From positions 31,000,001 through 31,064,000 of the forward strand of contig OX597832.1 in assembly GCA_951406725.2 (NCBI GenBank): a DNA stretch of 64,000 nucleotides. The letters are read 5' to 3'. A model generated the notes under the pieces. The model made no database searches, was not told the DNA's origin, and saw nothing but the letters and a program-made list of their open reading frames with translations. Shown piece after piece: positions 38,365 to 52,899 of the stretch (the stretch's first letter is position 1; every line of letters starts with the position of its first letter). This DNA comes from Octopus vulgaris. Lineage: Eukaryota. The translations under genes and the position numbers were made by a program.

Positions 38365-39290
38365 TTATCGACATTTGCTGGTTTTGAACCTGGCAACAGG
38401 TAATGAACTGTATTCCCTGAGCCCCAGTGAAGACGGAGGATATTCTACTGAAACTTCTTGTCCATTCCTCTTGATTGGCAAAATCTCATCAAGGCAGGCC
38501 CTTACCATGGTGGAGTTGTGAGGGTGAGTCTTCTTGCTGGAAATAGTATTCCACATCTTCAGTGTCCGCTTGAATGCTTGGTGTGACAGATTGTCCCAGC
38601 AAGTTCAAGTAAACGGGGCCAGTCACAGTTCAATAAAAAAAAATAAGGGTCCAGTTAACCTTTTGATGATGAATTCCACCATACTATATAACTCCTGGTA
38701 AATGAATATGATGTTCTTCCCCTATATGCAGGTTCTCAGGGTCCCAGTTACTTGAGCCAATTCATTTCAATGTAGCTTCATCACTCCAAACAATTTTTAT
38801 TCGAAAGTGTGCGTCATGTATGTACTCTTCTTGTCATGTGCTACTTACAAAACTCCACTTTTCTCTCTGGATCATCTTCACTGAGAGCATGGAACTATTC
38901 TTGGAATATAACTTTTCCAATGACACCACTTCTAGATCTGATGGAATGTTGGACTTTGAAATTCCTGTCTCATGCTTTGCTTGCTGTAATAGAATTCCTT
39001 GAACTCTGACAATAAATCTCCAATTCCTTTCCTTGCCTTGTAGAACTTGTTGGTATCTGTGGTCTTCCAGAGAATTTCTCAGACATTCTGAACAATTCCA
39101 TCTGTTTCAAACTCATTGCTAATTCCAGTGATGTTAAGTCACTCAGGTGGATCCATTTGGAACTTCCTCTTAAACTGTCTCCTTTGCACTTTGATTGCAC
39201 TTTCAAAACTTCCAGCAGCACTTCAGGTTAAACTTGCTTTTCTTCAAAGTTTAGTCTGGTTCCCAGCATCATTTCGAATGGTTTAAATCT
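38365..39290 (-). mobile_element. Highly decayed Tc1/mariner-superfamily transposase
   Basis: FHALSEDDPERKVEFC and [22 protein letters not shown] (resembling the WIGR..WPPRSPDL region). Many stops. Confidence 0.6.
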
Positions 39291-39387
39291 AAAAAGAAAT
39301 GAAAATTGAGTTATCAGCTATCAAAGTGTCTACACATTGTTTTGTGACATCAGAGTATATATATGTATGTCTATGTGTGTGTGTATG

Positions 39388-39419
<32 letters not shown>

Positions 39420-39505
39420 TGTATGTATGTATGTATGTATGTATGTATGTATGTATGTATGTATGTATGTATGTATGTATGTACGTATGTATGTATGTAT
39501 GTATG

Positions 39506-39562
<57 letters not shown>

Positions 39563-40452
39563 GAACTGTCATTGACTAGGCTGCTGTGTGATGAAAATTT
39601 TGACACCAAATAATAAATATTTAAGCAAAAATAGCAGTTTTTGTCTGTTTTTTGATTGCTAATTTGTGTCTTCCTTAGTGAAGTGTATATTTATCAATCT
39701 ATTTTCTCATCCCTTCTCTCTCTCTCTCTCTCTCTCTCTCATCTATATGTATATCTATATCACCATCATCATCATTTAATGTCTGTTGTCCATGTTAGCA
39801 TGGGTTGGACACACACACACACACATCATTGTTATTATGCTAAACTGTTGTATGTCCAAATTTGTCCAAATGCATTTTTTACAGTATTTAATTTTGCTTG
39901 CAACAGCCAGTTCATTTAGTCAAACTATCGTATCTCCAGCTGCTTCAGATGCCAAGATATTGGCAAAATGTAATACAACAGTTTTGCTATGGAATGGTGA
40001 AACTATTTTCTTGTTTTCTGAAAAAACGTTTTGGACTTAAAACACTTTTGCATAATAGCTACTATATATATATACATATATATATATCTATCTACCTATA
40101 TATATGTATATATGGCACATAAAAAGCACCATCTGATCATGGTCGATGCCAGCCCCCTCTGGCCCCTGTGCCGGTGGCATGTAAAAAAGTACCCACTACA
40201 CTCTCGGAGTGGTTGGCGTTAGGAAGGACATCCAGCTGTAGAAACTCTGCCAGATCAAGATTGGAGCCTGGTGCAGCCATCTGGTTTGCCAGTCTTCAGT
40301 CAAACCATCCAATCTATGCCAGCATGGAAAGCAGACGTTAAACAATGATGATGATGATGATGATGATATATATATATGGTTATAATTTTCTTTTGAAAAA
40401 CATAGCATAGAAGTGCTCAAGTTGAACCCGAGGCATTGGACAAGTCTAATAG

Positions 40453-40950
40453 ATACAGTGGAAAAGGTTGAAGTCAGGCTGAGTACGGTTGACACATACA
40501 TTTATGGGTTTAATTAGGATAAAATGAGAATTGTCCAATCTGAAACATATATTGATTTAATAAGAATATAAAAATATAGAAATGTAAAAATATGTGAATG
40601 CTAAAAATATACATGGACATATAGATGTATAGATATGTAAGCATAATAATAATAGAATATAGGTAAAAATAATAATGGAATATATAAAAAAAAAACGTTC
40701 TTAAAAATTCAAAATATAATATAGAGACAGTAAAAGGCATTAAAAAGAGTTTTGGGTAACATGTTAGAGGAGAATAAGGGGTTCCAATGATCGTCCATGT
40801 ATAACTTTAGTATTCATATATTTCTATATTTTTATATTCTTATTACATCAATATATAATTCAGGTTGGACAATTCTTATTTTAACCTAATTAAACTCATA
40901 TATACATGTGTTAATCGTAGTCTGCTGGATTTGAACCTTTTCTATTGTAT
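40453..40950. repeat. Long imperfect inverted repeat (fold-back or MITE-like)
   Basis: Arms about 40453-40583 and 40820-40950 align without gaps, with about 20 mismatches in 131 nt. Confidence 0.9.
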
Positions 40951-41304
40951 GTATATATACTCTTTTACTCTTTTATTTGTTTCAGTCATTTGACTGCAGC
41001 CATGCTGGAGCACCGCCTTTTTGCCAAACCGCTAAGTGCCGGGGACGTAAACACACCAGCATCGGTTGTCAAGCAATGCTAGGGGGACAAACACAGACAC
41101 ACAAACACATACACACACATACATATATATATATATATACATATATACGACAGGCTTCTTTCAGTTTCCATCTACGAAATCCACTCACAAGCCTTTGGTC
41201 GGCCCGGGGCTATAGCAGAAGACACTTGCCCAAGATGCCACGCAGTGGGACTGAACCCGGAAACATGTGGCTGGTTAGCAAGCTACTTACCACACAGCCA
41301 CTCC

Positions 41305-41335
<31 letters not shown>

Positions 41336-41393
41336 ATGTGTATATGTATACACTGTACAAAAAACATGAAACAATGGTGAAGTATACGTCATG

Positions 41394-41657
41394 TAATCAG
41401 CTTCCACAGATTTCATATAAATGGCAAATTCCAAAAAAACCTGTGATGCAGTAATCGATCCCATATTTGATTGACTAAGATTCTACAGAGATAGACAAAT
41501 TTAGCACGATGGTGTATCACTTTCATAAGGATAGGATGGTGTTAATTTTGCTATCTGTAGAATCTTAGTCGACCAAATACGGAATTGATCACTCATTACT
41601 GCATCACAGAGTTTTTCGGAATTTGCTGATCTATGCGAGATGTGCAAAAGCTGATTA
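41394..41657. repeat. Second imperfect inverted repeat (MITE-like)
   Basis: TAATCAGCTT..GCAAATTCC..CTGTGATGCAGTAAT..GACTAAGATTCTACAGA is mirrored by TCTGTAGAATCTTAGTC..ATTACTGCATCACAG..GGAATTTGC..AAGCTGATTA. Confidence 0.88.
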
Positions 41658-41923
41658 AAAATGTATGATTCTCCAGTCTTTCCTGGTTTTCTACTACACT
41701 CTTTGAACTTATGTTGAGATTATTTGGTGGTTGAACTTTGGATTTACAAACTGGACAGGCAGCGGAAAGTAATTTGACGGCTGACCTGGATTGCAATGGC
41801 CTTCACTGCACAATTTAGTTACCTGTGTCTGACACCTATTGAGTGCTTATAAAGTATTCACATAGATTTTTTATTCCCTGTTTAGATAGAGAGAGTATAT
41901 ACATAGGGAGAGACAGAAAGTGA

Positions 41924-41969
<46 letters not shown>

Positions 41970-42144
41970 TTTCGTTGTGTCTTGCAACCTTTTCAATAGT
42001 CTTAAGACTGATTGTGAGTACACACACACATGTGGTGCTTTTGTTACCATAGTAGGATGTCTGCTTTGATGTCTAGTTTACAATCAGGCGCAGCTGGTTT
42101 TTGTTCTGAAATCTGGAAGAATCTGAAATTCAGAACACAAGGAT

Positions 42145-42195
<51 letters not shown>

Positions 42196-42325
42196 CTGTG
42201 AGAGTTAGAGGTTGGGAAACCAACCAACACTGCTGGTAGTGTACCCAATTATTAATAATACCCAAGTGCTGATTATTGTGTGGCAATCTCGCAATTGAGT
42301 GTCATATATGGGCAGGAGTAAAAAG

Positions 42326-42381
<56 letters not shown>

Positions 42382-42884
42382 TATATATATATATGCCTTA
42401 TTGAACAAGAATCCTTAGAGTGAGAACTGTGATAGAAATTGTCCAGATAAATACATACAGTTCCTGACAGAAAGCTTTCTGTTTCTGATGGAAAACCTTT
42501 CAATATCATTTATGCAGCTAGAAACCATTCAGGCAAACATGGGCACAAATTTGTAGAAAAAACGTTCTCTGTAGTTCGTTGTGTATAGAAAAAGTGAAGG
42601 GGAAATAGGTCACAGTTTTGTGGGTATAGATTCATAAGCTTGTATTTCTTTGGTTAGGATAACAAAATATTCTCTCAGAGGTATTGATCTGGCTAACCAG
42701 AGCAAGAGTTATGATTCTAGTCTGGCTGTAACTTTGGACATATGGTAGTGACATGTAAATTAAAAGCTAACGATAAAAAAGTGTCTTATTTAATTGCCTC
42801 TAGAGCTGGGCTAAACATTGCTACAGACCAGACCCAGTCCACACTCCATATGCTTCACACTCTGGAGTTATGATATATATATAT

Positions 42885-42932
<48 letters not shown>

Positions 42933-43420
42933 CTGCTGTGTGTTTGTGTACATTTATTGATGTCTAAATTAAGGTCTTACCCAGTTAAAACTGCACAAGA
43001 GAAATGCAGCTGCTAGCACATCATCACCACCACCACCACCACCGCCGCCGCCTCCACCACCACCACCACCTCCACCACCACTACCACCACCTCCACCACC
43101 ACCACCACCACCACCACCACCACCACCACCGCCGCCGCCTCCACCACTACCACTTGCTGTTGTAATCAGGTGGCAGCAGTGAAAGCTGCAGGTAATGTAA
43201 GGAAGGAGTTGTGGTGGTGGAGTTTTGAGTTAAATAAAGGTGGATAAGGGTGTAGTGTGTGTGTAGCAGTTGTAGTAATAGAGTGAATTGAGGTACAGGT
43301 GGATGTAGTGTGGTGTTTAATACTGGGGTGAAGAGTGTGGCAGTGAAGTAGAAGTAGAAGTAGGGAGGGTGGACTGTTCTGTGATGGCATAATCTTGCCT
43401 CTATTTATATTGTTCTTCAC

Positions 43421-43421
43421 A

Positions 43422-43483
<62 letters not shown>

Positions 43484-43493
43484 GTTATCATTA

Positions 43494-43540
<47 letters not shown>

Positions 43541-43550
43541 GTTATCATTA

Positions 43551-43591
<41 letters not shown>

Positions 43592-43607
43592 GTTATCATT
43601 ATTTTTA

Positions 43608-43642
<35 letters not shown>

Positions 43643-43652
43643 GTTATCATTA

Positions 43653-43693
<41 letters not shown>

Positions 43694-43703
43694 GTTATCA
43701 TTA

Positions 43704-43756
<53 letters not shown>

Positions 43757-43763
43757 GTTATCA

Positions 43764-43805
<42 letters not shown>

Positions 43806-43899
43806 GTTATCATTATTTTTATTTTTATTATTATTATTATTATTATTATTGTTATCATTATTTTTATTATTATTATTATTATTATTATTGTTATCATTA

Positions 43900-43953
<54 letters not shown>

Positions 43954-43977
43954 TTATTATTGTTATTGTTATCATTA

Positions 43978-44063
<86 letters not shown>

Positions 44064-44073
44064 GTTATCATTA

Positions 44074-44114
<41 letters not shown>

Positions 44115-44124
44115 GTTATCATTA

Positions 44125-44172
<48 letters not shown>

Positions 44173-44348
44173 TTATTATTATTGTTATCATTATTATTAT
44201 TATTATTATTATTATTTTTATTTTTATTATTATTATTGTTATCATTATTATTATTATTATCATTATTATTATTATTATTATTATTATCATTATTATTATT
44301 GTTATTATTATTACTATTGTCATTATTGTTGTTGTTATTATTATCATT
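43421..44348. repeat. About 0.93-kb compound (ATT)n microsatellite
   Basis: ATT runs punctuated by a recurrent ATTGTTATCATTATTTTT cassette. This is the source of the poly-I/L/N pseudo-ORFs. Confidence 0.97.
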
Positions 44349-44749
44349 GAAGGTGGTGAGCTGGCAGAATCATTAGCATGGTGGGTGAAACGCTTAGCGA
44401 TATTTCATCTGCCGCTACGTTCTGAGTTCAAATTCCGCCGAGGTCAACTTTGCTTTTCATCCTTTTGGGGTCGATTAAATAGGTACCAGTTACGCACTGG
44501 GGTCGATATAATCGACTTAATCCGTTTGTCTGTCCTTGTTTGTCCTCTCTATGTTTAGCCCCTTGTGGGTAGTAAAGAAATAGGTATTACGTCTGCCGTT
44601 ACGTTCTCAGTTCAAATTCTGCTGAGATCACTTTTGCCTTTCATCCTTTCAGGGGTCAATGAAATAAGTACCAGTTATTCACTGGGGGTCAATGTAATTG
44701 ACTAGTCCCCTTCCCCAAAATATTTTCGAGGCCTTGTGCCTAGAGTAGC

Positions 44750-44799
<50 letters not shown>

Positions 44800-45251
44800 T
44801 AATAATTATTATTATTTATTGGTGTGGGTGGTAGTATTGGAGTAGGGGTGTCTGGCATAGTGGTGGTGGTGTTATGGAGTATGTGGTTGTCAGGGTGGTG
44901 GCTGATGCAGAATGGCGGTGGTGGTGTATGTGGGTAGCAATGTAGTTGATGGTATTGGTTGTAGTACAAAGGTGGTGGAGGTGGTGTTGGTGGTGGTTAT
45001 GTGAACAAAACTTCTTTTTACTTCCAGTTCACCGACTTCAGTCTTTGTTGCTTGTAAAAGATGAGGAGACTCCACCACCACCACGACCACCACTACCACC
45101 TCCACCACCACCACCACCACCACAACTACCACAACCACCACCACCTTACCTCTGACCTTCCCCATCTCTGCCACCACCATCGCCATTTCCCCAGTGCTGT
45201 GTTTTTTTCCCTGTGTGCTTGCAAATTTGCAGTGCAGCTGCACATCAGTAA

Positions 45252-45284
<33 letters not shown>

Positions 45285-45410
45285 TACATATACAGACATA
45301 CATATATATATGTGTACATGTGTGCATACATGCAAATGTATCCATTATGTCTATATATGCATGTGTGTGTGTGTGTGCATACAGATATATATATATATGT
45401 GTGTGTGTGT

Positions 45411-45471
<61 letters not shown>

Positions 45472-45888
45472 GTATATATATATACTCTTTTACTCTTTTA
45501 CTTGTTTCAGTCATATGACTGCAGCCATGCTGGAGCACCGCCTTTAATCGAGCAACTCGACCCCAGGACTTATTCTTTTGTAAGCCCAGTACTTATTCTA
45601 TCAGTCTCTTTTGCTGAACCACTAAGTAACGGGGACATAAACACACCAGCATCGGTTATCAAGCAATGCTAGGGGGACAAACACAGACACACAAACACAC
45701 ACACGCATACATACATATACATATATACGATGGGCTTCTTTCAGTTTCCGTCTACCAAATCCACTCACAAGGCATCCAGCTGTAGAAACTCAGCCAGATC
45801 AAGATTGGAGCCTGATGCAACCTCCTGGCTTACCAGTCCTCAGTAAAAACTGTCCGACCCATGCCAGCATGGAAAGCAGATGTGAAAC

Positions 45889-45928
<40 letters not shown>

Positions 45929-47182
45929 CGTATGTGTCATATTTATGTTTATATTGTATATATAGGTGCAGACGTGGCTGTGTGGTAAGAAGCTTGCTTC
46001 CCAACCACCTGGTTTCAGGTTCAGTCCCTGGTTTCAGTATCTTCCACTGTAGCCTTGGGCTGACCAAAGACTTGTGAGTGGATTTGGTAGATGGAAACTG
46101 AAAGAAGCCCATCATATATGTGTGTGTGTGTGTGTTTGTTTCCCACCACCACTTGACAACCAGCATTGGTGTGTTTATGTCCCCATAAGTTAGCAGTTTG
46201 GTAAAAGAGACCGATAGAAAAAGTACCATGCTTTAAAAATAAAGTCCTGGGGGTCAATTCCTTTGACTAAAATTGTTCAAGGTGATGCCCCAGCATGGCC
46301 ACAGCCTGAAACAAGTAAAAAAAATAATAAAAAATAAAAGTGGTATACATGCCAAATATGTATATATACACCCTGCATGTGTGTTTACCATGTTTGTGTC
46401 TATGTCGTTCAAATGCATGGCTTAGTGGTTGAGAATGGTTGACTCACAATCACAATCACGTTGGTTCAATTTCTGGACCAAGCAGTGAATCATGTCCTTG
46501 AGCAAGGCACACCACTTCATTTTACATCCAGTATTTCCAAGTGGAAACGAATGCCAACCAAGTCCTGGAACGGCTCTGCCCCTCTCTGCCTGTCACATTC
46601 TCAGTGTTTTTGTTGGGTTAGGGTGTGAGGGGCCACGAGGGTGTTTATGTCCCCTTGTGACTAAACAGGTCCCTAAAACAATTAGTGGCAGTATGGTACT
46701 TGTCACCAAGCCATATTCACTTGAGGGGTGAGGACTGTGTTGTTCTGCTGAATGCCACCAATGTTTGTGTGCAAGGTTTTACAAAAACCCTTCTCTCTCT
46801 CCCCTCTCTCTCCCTCTCTCTCTCCCCTCTCTCCTCTCTCTCTCCCCTCTCTTCCTCTGTGTGTGTGTGTGTGTACACATACACACACACACACATGCAC
46901 ACATAATTGCATACATATACATAATATATACACACACACATACCTACAAATACCTAACTTATACACACACACATACATAATATATAAATTGTGTGAATGT
47001 GCGTGTGTGTATGTGTGTGTGTGTGTTTGTCTGTGTATACACACAGCAGCTTACACAATTATATATACATATGTATATATGTATGTGTATATATATATAT
47101 ATATATATATACATACATATGTAAATGTGTGTTTGTGTGTATATATATATATTTATATATTCATATTTGCATAAGTATATTC

Positions 47183-47213
<31 letters not shown>

Positions 47214-47227
47214 TTTGTGTGTGTATG

Positions 47228-47270
<43 letters not shown>

Positions 47271-48148
47271 GCATATGTATACATATATATATATATATCT
47301 CCCTCTATCTGTCTACCTCTCCCCACTCCCCTTCATTAGTTATTTATATAGCTATCTGGCACCTTCTGACTACAAAGTCTCTCCACACACTTTCAGACAG
47401 CCTTGATTTTGGCACCTTTCTACAGTTCCTCCATCCAATTCACACCACCCTGTGTGGGGCAGAGGTGGGGTGGGTGGGTCTAACTACCCGCCCCACCCCC
47501 TCTCCACCGCCCACTCAGCCAGCCTCACTTTCTGAGAGACTTCAAGAAGTGTGAAAAATGCTATAAATCCACCCCACCCACCTCTGTGCTCCCCCCCCAC
47601 ACTGTGTTATACACTTATAAAAATATGTAGAACTACTTACGCATACAGACATAAGCATAGACATACATTCACGCACAAAAATGTACACACACACACACAC
47701 ACACACACATATAAGTATACAGGCCCATACACTCATACATACAAATACACAGACCTACATATATGTGTATATGCATACATATAAAGACATATACATGTGT
47801 ATACATCCATTCACACATGTACTTACATAAATGTACCTGCACATACATACACAGACTTACACATATAGACATACACGTGTCTGTACACCCGTACATACAT
47901 GCATACATATGTACACACACATACATACATATATACATACATAAATACATATATAAATACATAAATACATACATACACACATACATAAATACACATATAC
48001 ATAGATACACACATACATAAATACATACAGACAGACAAACATACATATACATATCCAGACATACATTATACAGATATTCATGTGTAAACTTCCATTCACA
48101 TTTATACACACATAAATATATATATACACATATATATGTACATATATA

Positions 48149-48181
<33 letters not shown>

Positions 48182-48796
48182 GCTCACACAGACTTACATA
48201 AACAGACATACACTTGTCTATACACCCATACATACTTACATACATACATACATACATACATATATACATACACATATTTACACATTTGAATACATAGAGA
48301 CACCCAAATACAAACTTACGCATACACATACATATACCAACCTACACATACACATACAAGCATACACGTACGCAGACTCATTCTTCAAACCGATATTCAG
48401 CTGATGGAAGCTGACCGTTTTGTGGTCTGAAAGTTTACTTCAAACAGCTGCCTTTGTGTATTGGTTTGGATATTTTTGGTGCTTGGAATATACACCTTGT
48501 GGTTCTGGCTGGGTTGCCATGGGTGGGTTGGGGTAGTTGCAAAGTTTGGCTTCTCAGACAGTGAAGATTATAGACTCGTAGTGAGTGGGGAGAGAGAGAG
48601 AGGTAGTGTGGTGTGTGGTACGTCTGTGGTGTGGCGGCGGTGTACGGCAGTGTTAGACTGAGGTGGTGGAGCATCCGTGTGTCGATGGCTTGGTGTTACA
48701 TCAGAACATTCAAGTTACAGCATGACTCACACACACACTCACACTGACGCAAACACACACACACACACACAGACACACACACACACACATACACAT

Positions 48797-48837
<41 letters not shown>

Positions 48838-50144
48838 AAACCTGGCAGTCTGTCGGTCAGGACATCGAGGGTTCCAGTTGACCTCCTCAACGGAAGAGCG
48901 TGCCCATGAAATTAACCTGCAAGAGGCTGAGTACTCCACAGACATGCATACCCTTAATGTAGTTCTTGGGAGGATTCAGTGTGACGCAGAATGTGACAAG
49001 GCTGGCCCCTTGTGAATTACAGGTACCACGCACTTTGGCCAGCTGAGTGGACTGGAGCAACGGGAAACCAAGTGCCTTGCTCAAGGACACCATGCGTTGC
49101 TAGGAATTGAACTCACGACCTTAGTATGGTGATCGAAGCCACACGTAGACACACTCACACACACACACATACACACAGACTCATGTGTACACATACATAC
49201 ACACCACACATACACACACTTAGGCATGTTCACATGCACACACTCAGACACACTCACACACACACACACACAAACTCATGTGTACATATACATACACACA
49301 GACTTACACACTCATACACACACACATGCATGCACTCTCAGGCATGCACACACGCACACACTCAGATACACACATACACACATTCAGGCACGCACTCATA
49401 TGCACACTCAAACACACTCACACACACACATTCACAGACTCACACATGCATACATACATACTAAGACACACACACACACACATGCACATTCACACAGATG
49501 CATTCACAGACTCACACATGCATACATACACTCAGGCACACACACATACACACACTCAGACACACACACATACATGCACTCAGGGACACACATGCATACT
49601 CACATTCAGGCACACACACATATGCACACTCAGACACACACATACACACACTTCGACACACACACACACACTCAGGCATGCACACACCTATGCACACATG
49701 CCGTTTCTGCTTCACAGAACACCAAAGACTCGTTCTACACAAATTTACTCCGATTCACGTCCACACATTCCAAGAAAAAATTCTTGTAGAAAAAATTCTT
49801 GCAGAAAAAGCAAGAATGGTCACAAATTCTCGTTTGCTTGTTTCCCTGAAAAATTAGCGTCTTTGGACGAAACAAGGAACGGAACCAAAATATTTTTGTG
49901 GCAATTAGATCTGTTGATTGGTGGTTGCGAAAAGAATTGATTGTTGTGTTGTCTGGTGCAAAGAATTTCTCCAAGTTTGGTTCCTGCAACGAAAAACTGC
50001 AGAAAACAAGTCATTCTTGCGACTGCACTAACGACTTTTCATTGAATCTTAGTTTTGGGGTCTGTAATTAGTTAGACTCAGGTGAGAATGTACATATCTT
50101 GTATCAATTAGGAATCTAATGGGGGGGATTTTTATCATCACTGC

Positions 50145-50176
<32 letters not shown>

Positions 50177-50266
50177 CAAGCCTCATTGCTACTAGCACCA
50201 ACATTTTCATCAAAATAGTTAGCGTCATTATCTTCAAAATCAACAGCATCTTTTTCACCATCATCC

Positions 50267-50297
<31 letters not shown>

Positions 50298-50929
50298 CAT
50301 CACCACCATCACCATCATCATCAACATCACTACAATCATCATTTCATTCTTCTATTTTTTATTTCTCAACTTTTTATGTCATCATCATTATCATTATCAT
50401 CATCATCATCATCATCGTCATCCATTTCTTTCATTATGAGAAGAATAAGTTACCCCTCACCCACCCTTTTTCTTTTTACTCTCACCCCTCCCACTCCCCT
50501 TCTCTCACCCTTTCACCCTTCTCTCTCTCCCTCTCTCCCTCTCTTCTTCCTCTTTTTTTTTCTTTCAATATTTGCTGTTCTTTCATCAGAATAAACTCAT
50601 TCACAAATTTCTTTCCTCTCTCCTTCCTTTCCATAATCTCTCCCTCTCTTTCCCCCCCTCTCTTCTTCCTCTTCACACCCTCTCTCTCCCCCTCCCTGAC
50701 TGATTCTACTCCCCTCTTGCCAACCTCCCTTACTCTGTCTTTTACTCTCTCCCTCTCTCTCTCTCCCCCTCTCTCTTTGATTCTTTTCTTCTCTCTCTCC
50801 TCCCTCCTTCTTTTATCAAACATTTTCCCTTTCTCTCCTTCTTGCTTTTCCTTCTCACAATCTATCTTGCCCTCTTCTTCTCTGTCTTCCCTTACTCTTT
50901 CACCCTTAACCTGCGACTTTCTCTCCCTC

Positions 50930-51014
<85 letters not shown>

Positions 51015-51558
51015 TCCCTCCTAACAAACTCCTCTCACCTCAGCACTTCGCTCCCTCCTTCCCTCCCTCCCTCCCTCTCTCTATCTGCTCCACCTTCTCA
51101 CCCCGCCCACCCCTCTTCTCTTCTGTCCTCTGTCTGTCTGTGTGTCACTCCCACATCAATTAAGCAACCATAGATCAGAATAAAACATCACTCAAATCAT
51201 TTCTTCTACGTATCATCATCATCATCATCATCATTAATTCTATTTTTTCACCTCATCTTTTCTTGATGCACACACACACACACACACACGTGTGTGCATA
51301 TGCGTGTGTGTGTGTGCACACGTTTTTTATGTTACTGTATTTCAGTTTCTAAATATGAGAGCACACTATACATATATACACACACATATATATTTAGTGT
51401 GTTCTCTCTCTCTCTCTCTCTCTTTATATATATGCATGTGTGTGTGTGTGTGACTATAAGCTTGTATGTATTCACATGAATGTATGTATGTGTATGTGTG
51501 TATCTTTTTTCTGTGTATATGCATCTCTTTTTTGAAGTTGACATATTCTTCTGTTAGG

Positions 51559-51596
<38 letters not shown>

Positions 51597-52279
51597 GTAT
51601 ATATATATGTATATATATATATATGTATATATATATGTATATATATATGTATATATATATGTATATATATATGTATATATATATATATGTATATATCTGT
51701 GTGTATGTGTGTGTGTGTGTGTGTGTGTGTTCCTTCTAAGTGTTATTATTGAAATAAAGCCATATTCTATAGATGCATAGTTTTTCCCAACCCCTCTCCC
51801 TCTCTCCTTCCTCTCTCACCCACATCAAAATAAGGTCTGCAGAATCGGTTAGGTTAAAAGAAAGTCTTTTGATCAGCTGCTGGTCTCACTGCACCATTGT
51901 GCACCTTTGTTGCACATGCAAGAAAAATTTGGTGCCATCACCTTAATTGTGTGGCATTGTTCTGCCGCTTGATTGTCTTTTCTCTTTTCTAAGAAGACAG
52001 CAACAACAACAGCAACAACAACAATGTCAGCGACAGGAGAAGTTATCAAAGTATTTTTCATTATTGCTATTATATAAAGATATTATTAAACAATAAAGAA
52101 ATTGTCGTCATCATCATCATCGCTACCACCTTCGCCCTCAGCCTCCACCCCTTCAGTTTCATCATTCTTATCATTATTATAATCATCACCACCACCACCA
52201 CAACCATCAGCATCCTCCTCCTCTTCGTCATTTTCATCATCATCCTCATCATCACCACGATTCTTTATTATTAGTAGTA

Positions 52280-52314
<35 letters not shown>

Positions 52315-52899
52315 TTTTTTTTTTTGCATTCATTGCACCTATTATAAAAGTTCACTGTGTATCAGGTCATCTTTGTTGTGATTATAAAACATCAGCGGCA
52401 GCAGCAGCAGCAGCAGCTACAAGCCATTGTGCCTGAGATCCGCTTTCAATTCTCCTTCAGAGCAGCTCATTTCCTCATTTTTCTGTTCCTATGCATTCTG
52501 AGTGTAGGAAATGCATGAACATCACAACTTTTCATCTTGTACCTGGTTCAGTCAAATGTTTTTTAGTTTATTTTTTCAAGCACCAACCAATCGTGGCCGA
52601 TGCCAGCGCCGCCTTGACTGGCTTCTGTGCCGGTGGCACGTAAAAAGCACCAACTGATCGTGGCCGCTGCCAGCCTCCCCTGGCACATAAAAAGCACCCA
52701 CTACACTCACGGAGTGGTTGGCATTAGGAAGAGCATCCAGCTGTAGAAACACTGCCAGATCAGACTGGAGCCTGGTGCAGCCTCCTGGCTTCCCAGACCC
52801 CAGTTGTACCATCCAACTCATGCCAGCATGGAAAACTGACGTTAAACGATGATGATGATTTTCATATTTTAAGCTTTAATAAATTATTCAAATTACACA

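Noticed and set aside
43166-44558. 393-aa and 387-aa ORFs, the longest in the track
   Set aside because: They are translations of an (ATT)n microsatellite plus a SINE.
45028-45155. Proline-rich terminal exon (VHRLQSLLLVKDEETPPPP...)
   Set aside because: The acceptor is plausible, but the content is a CCA microsatellite with no recognisable homology or upstream partner exon.
49126-49940. His/Thr-rich ORFs (also about 25208-25730 and 56247-56912)
   Set aside because: They are CA-type compound microsatellites.
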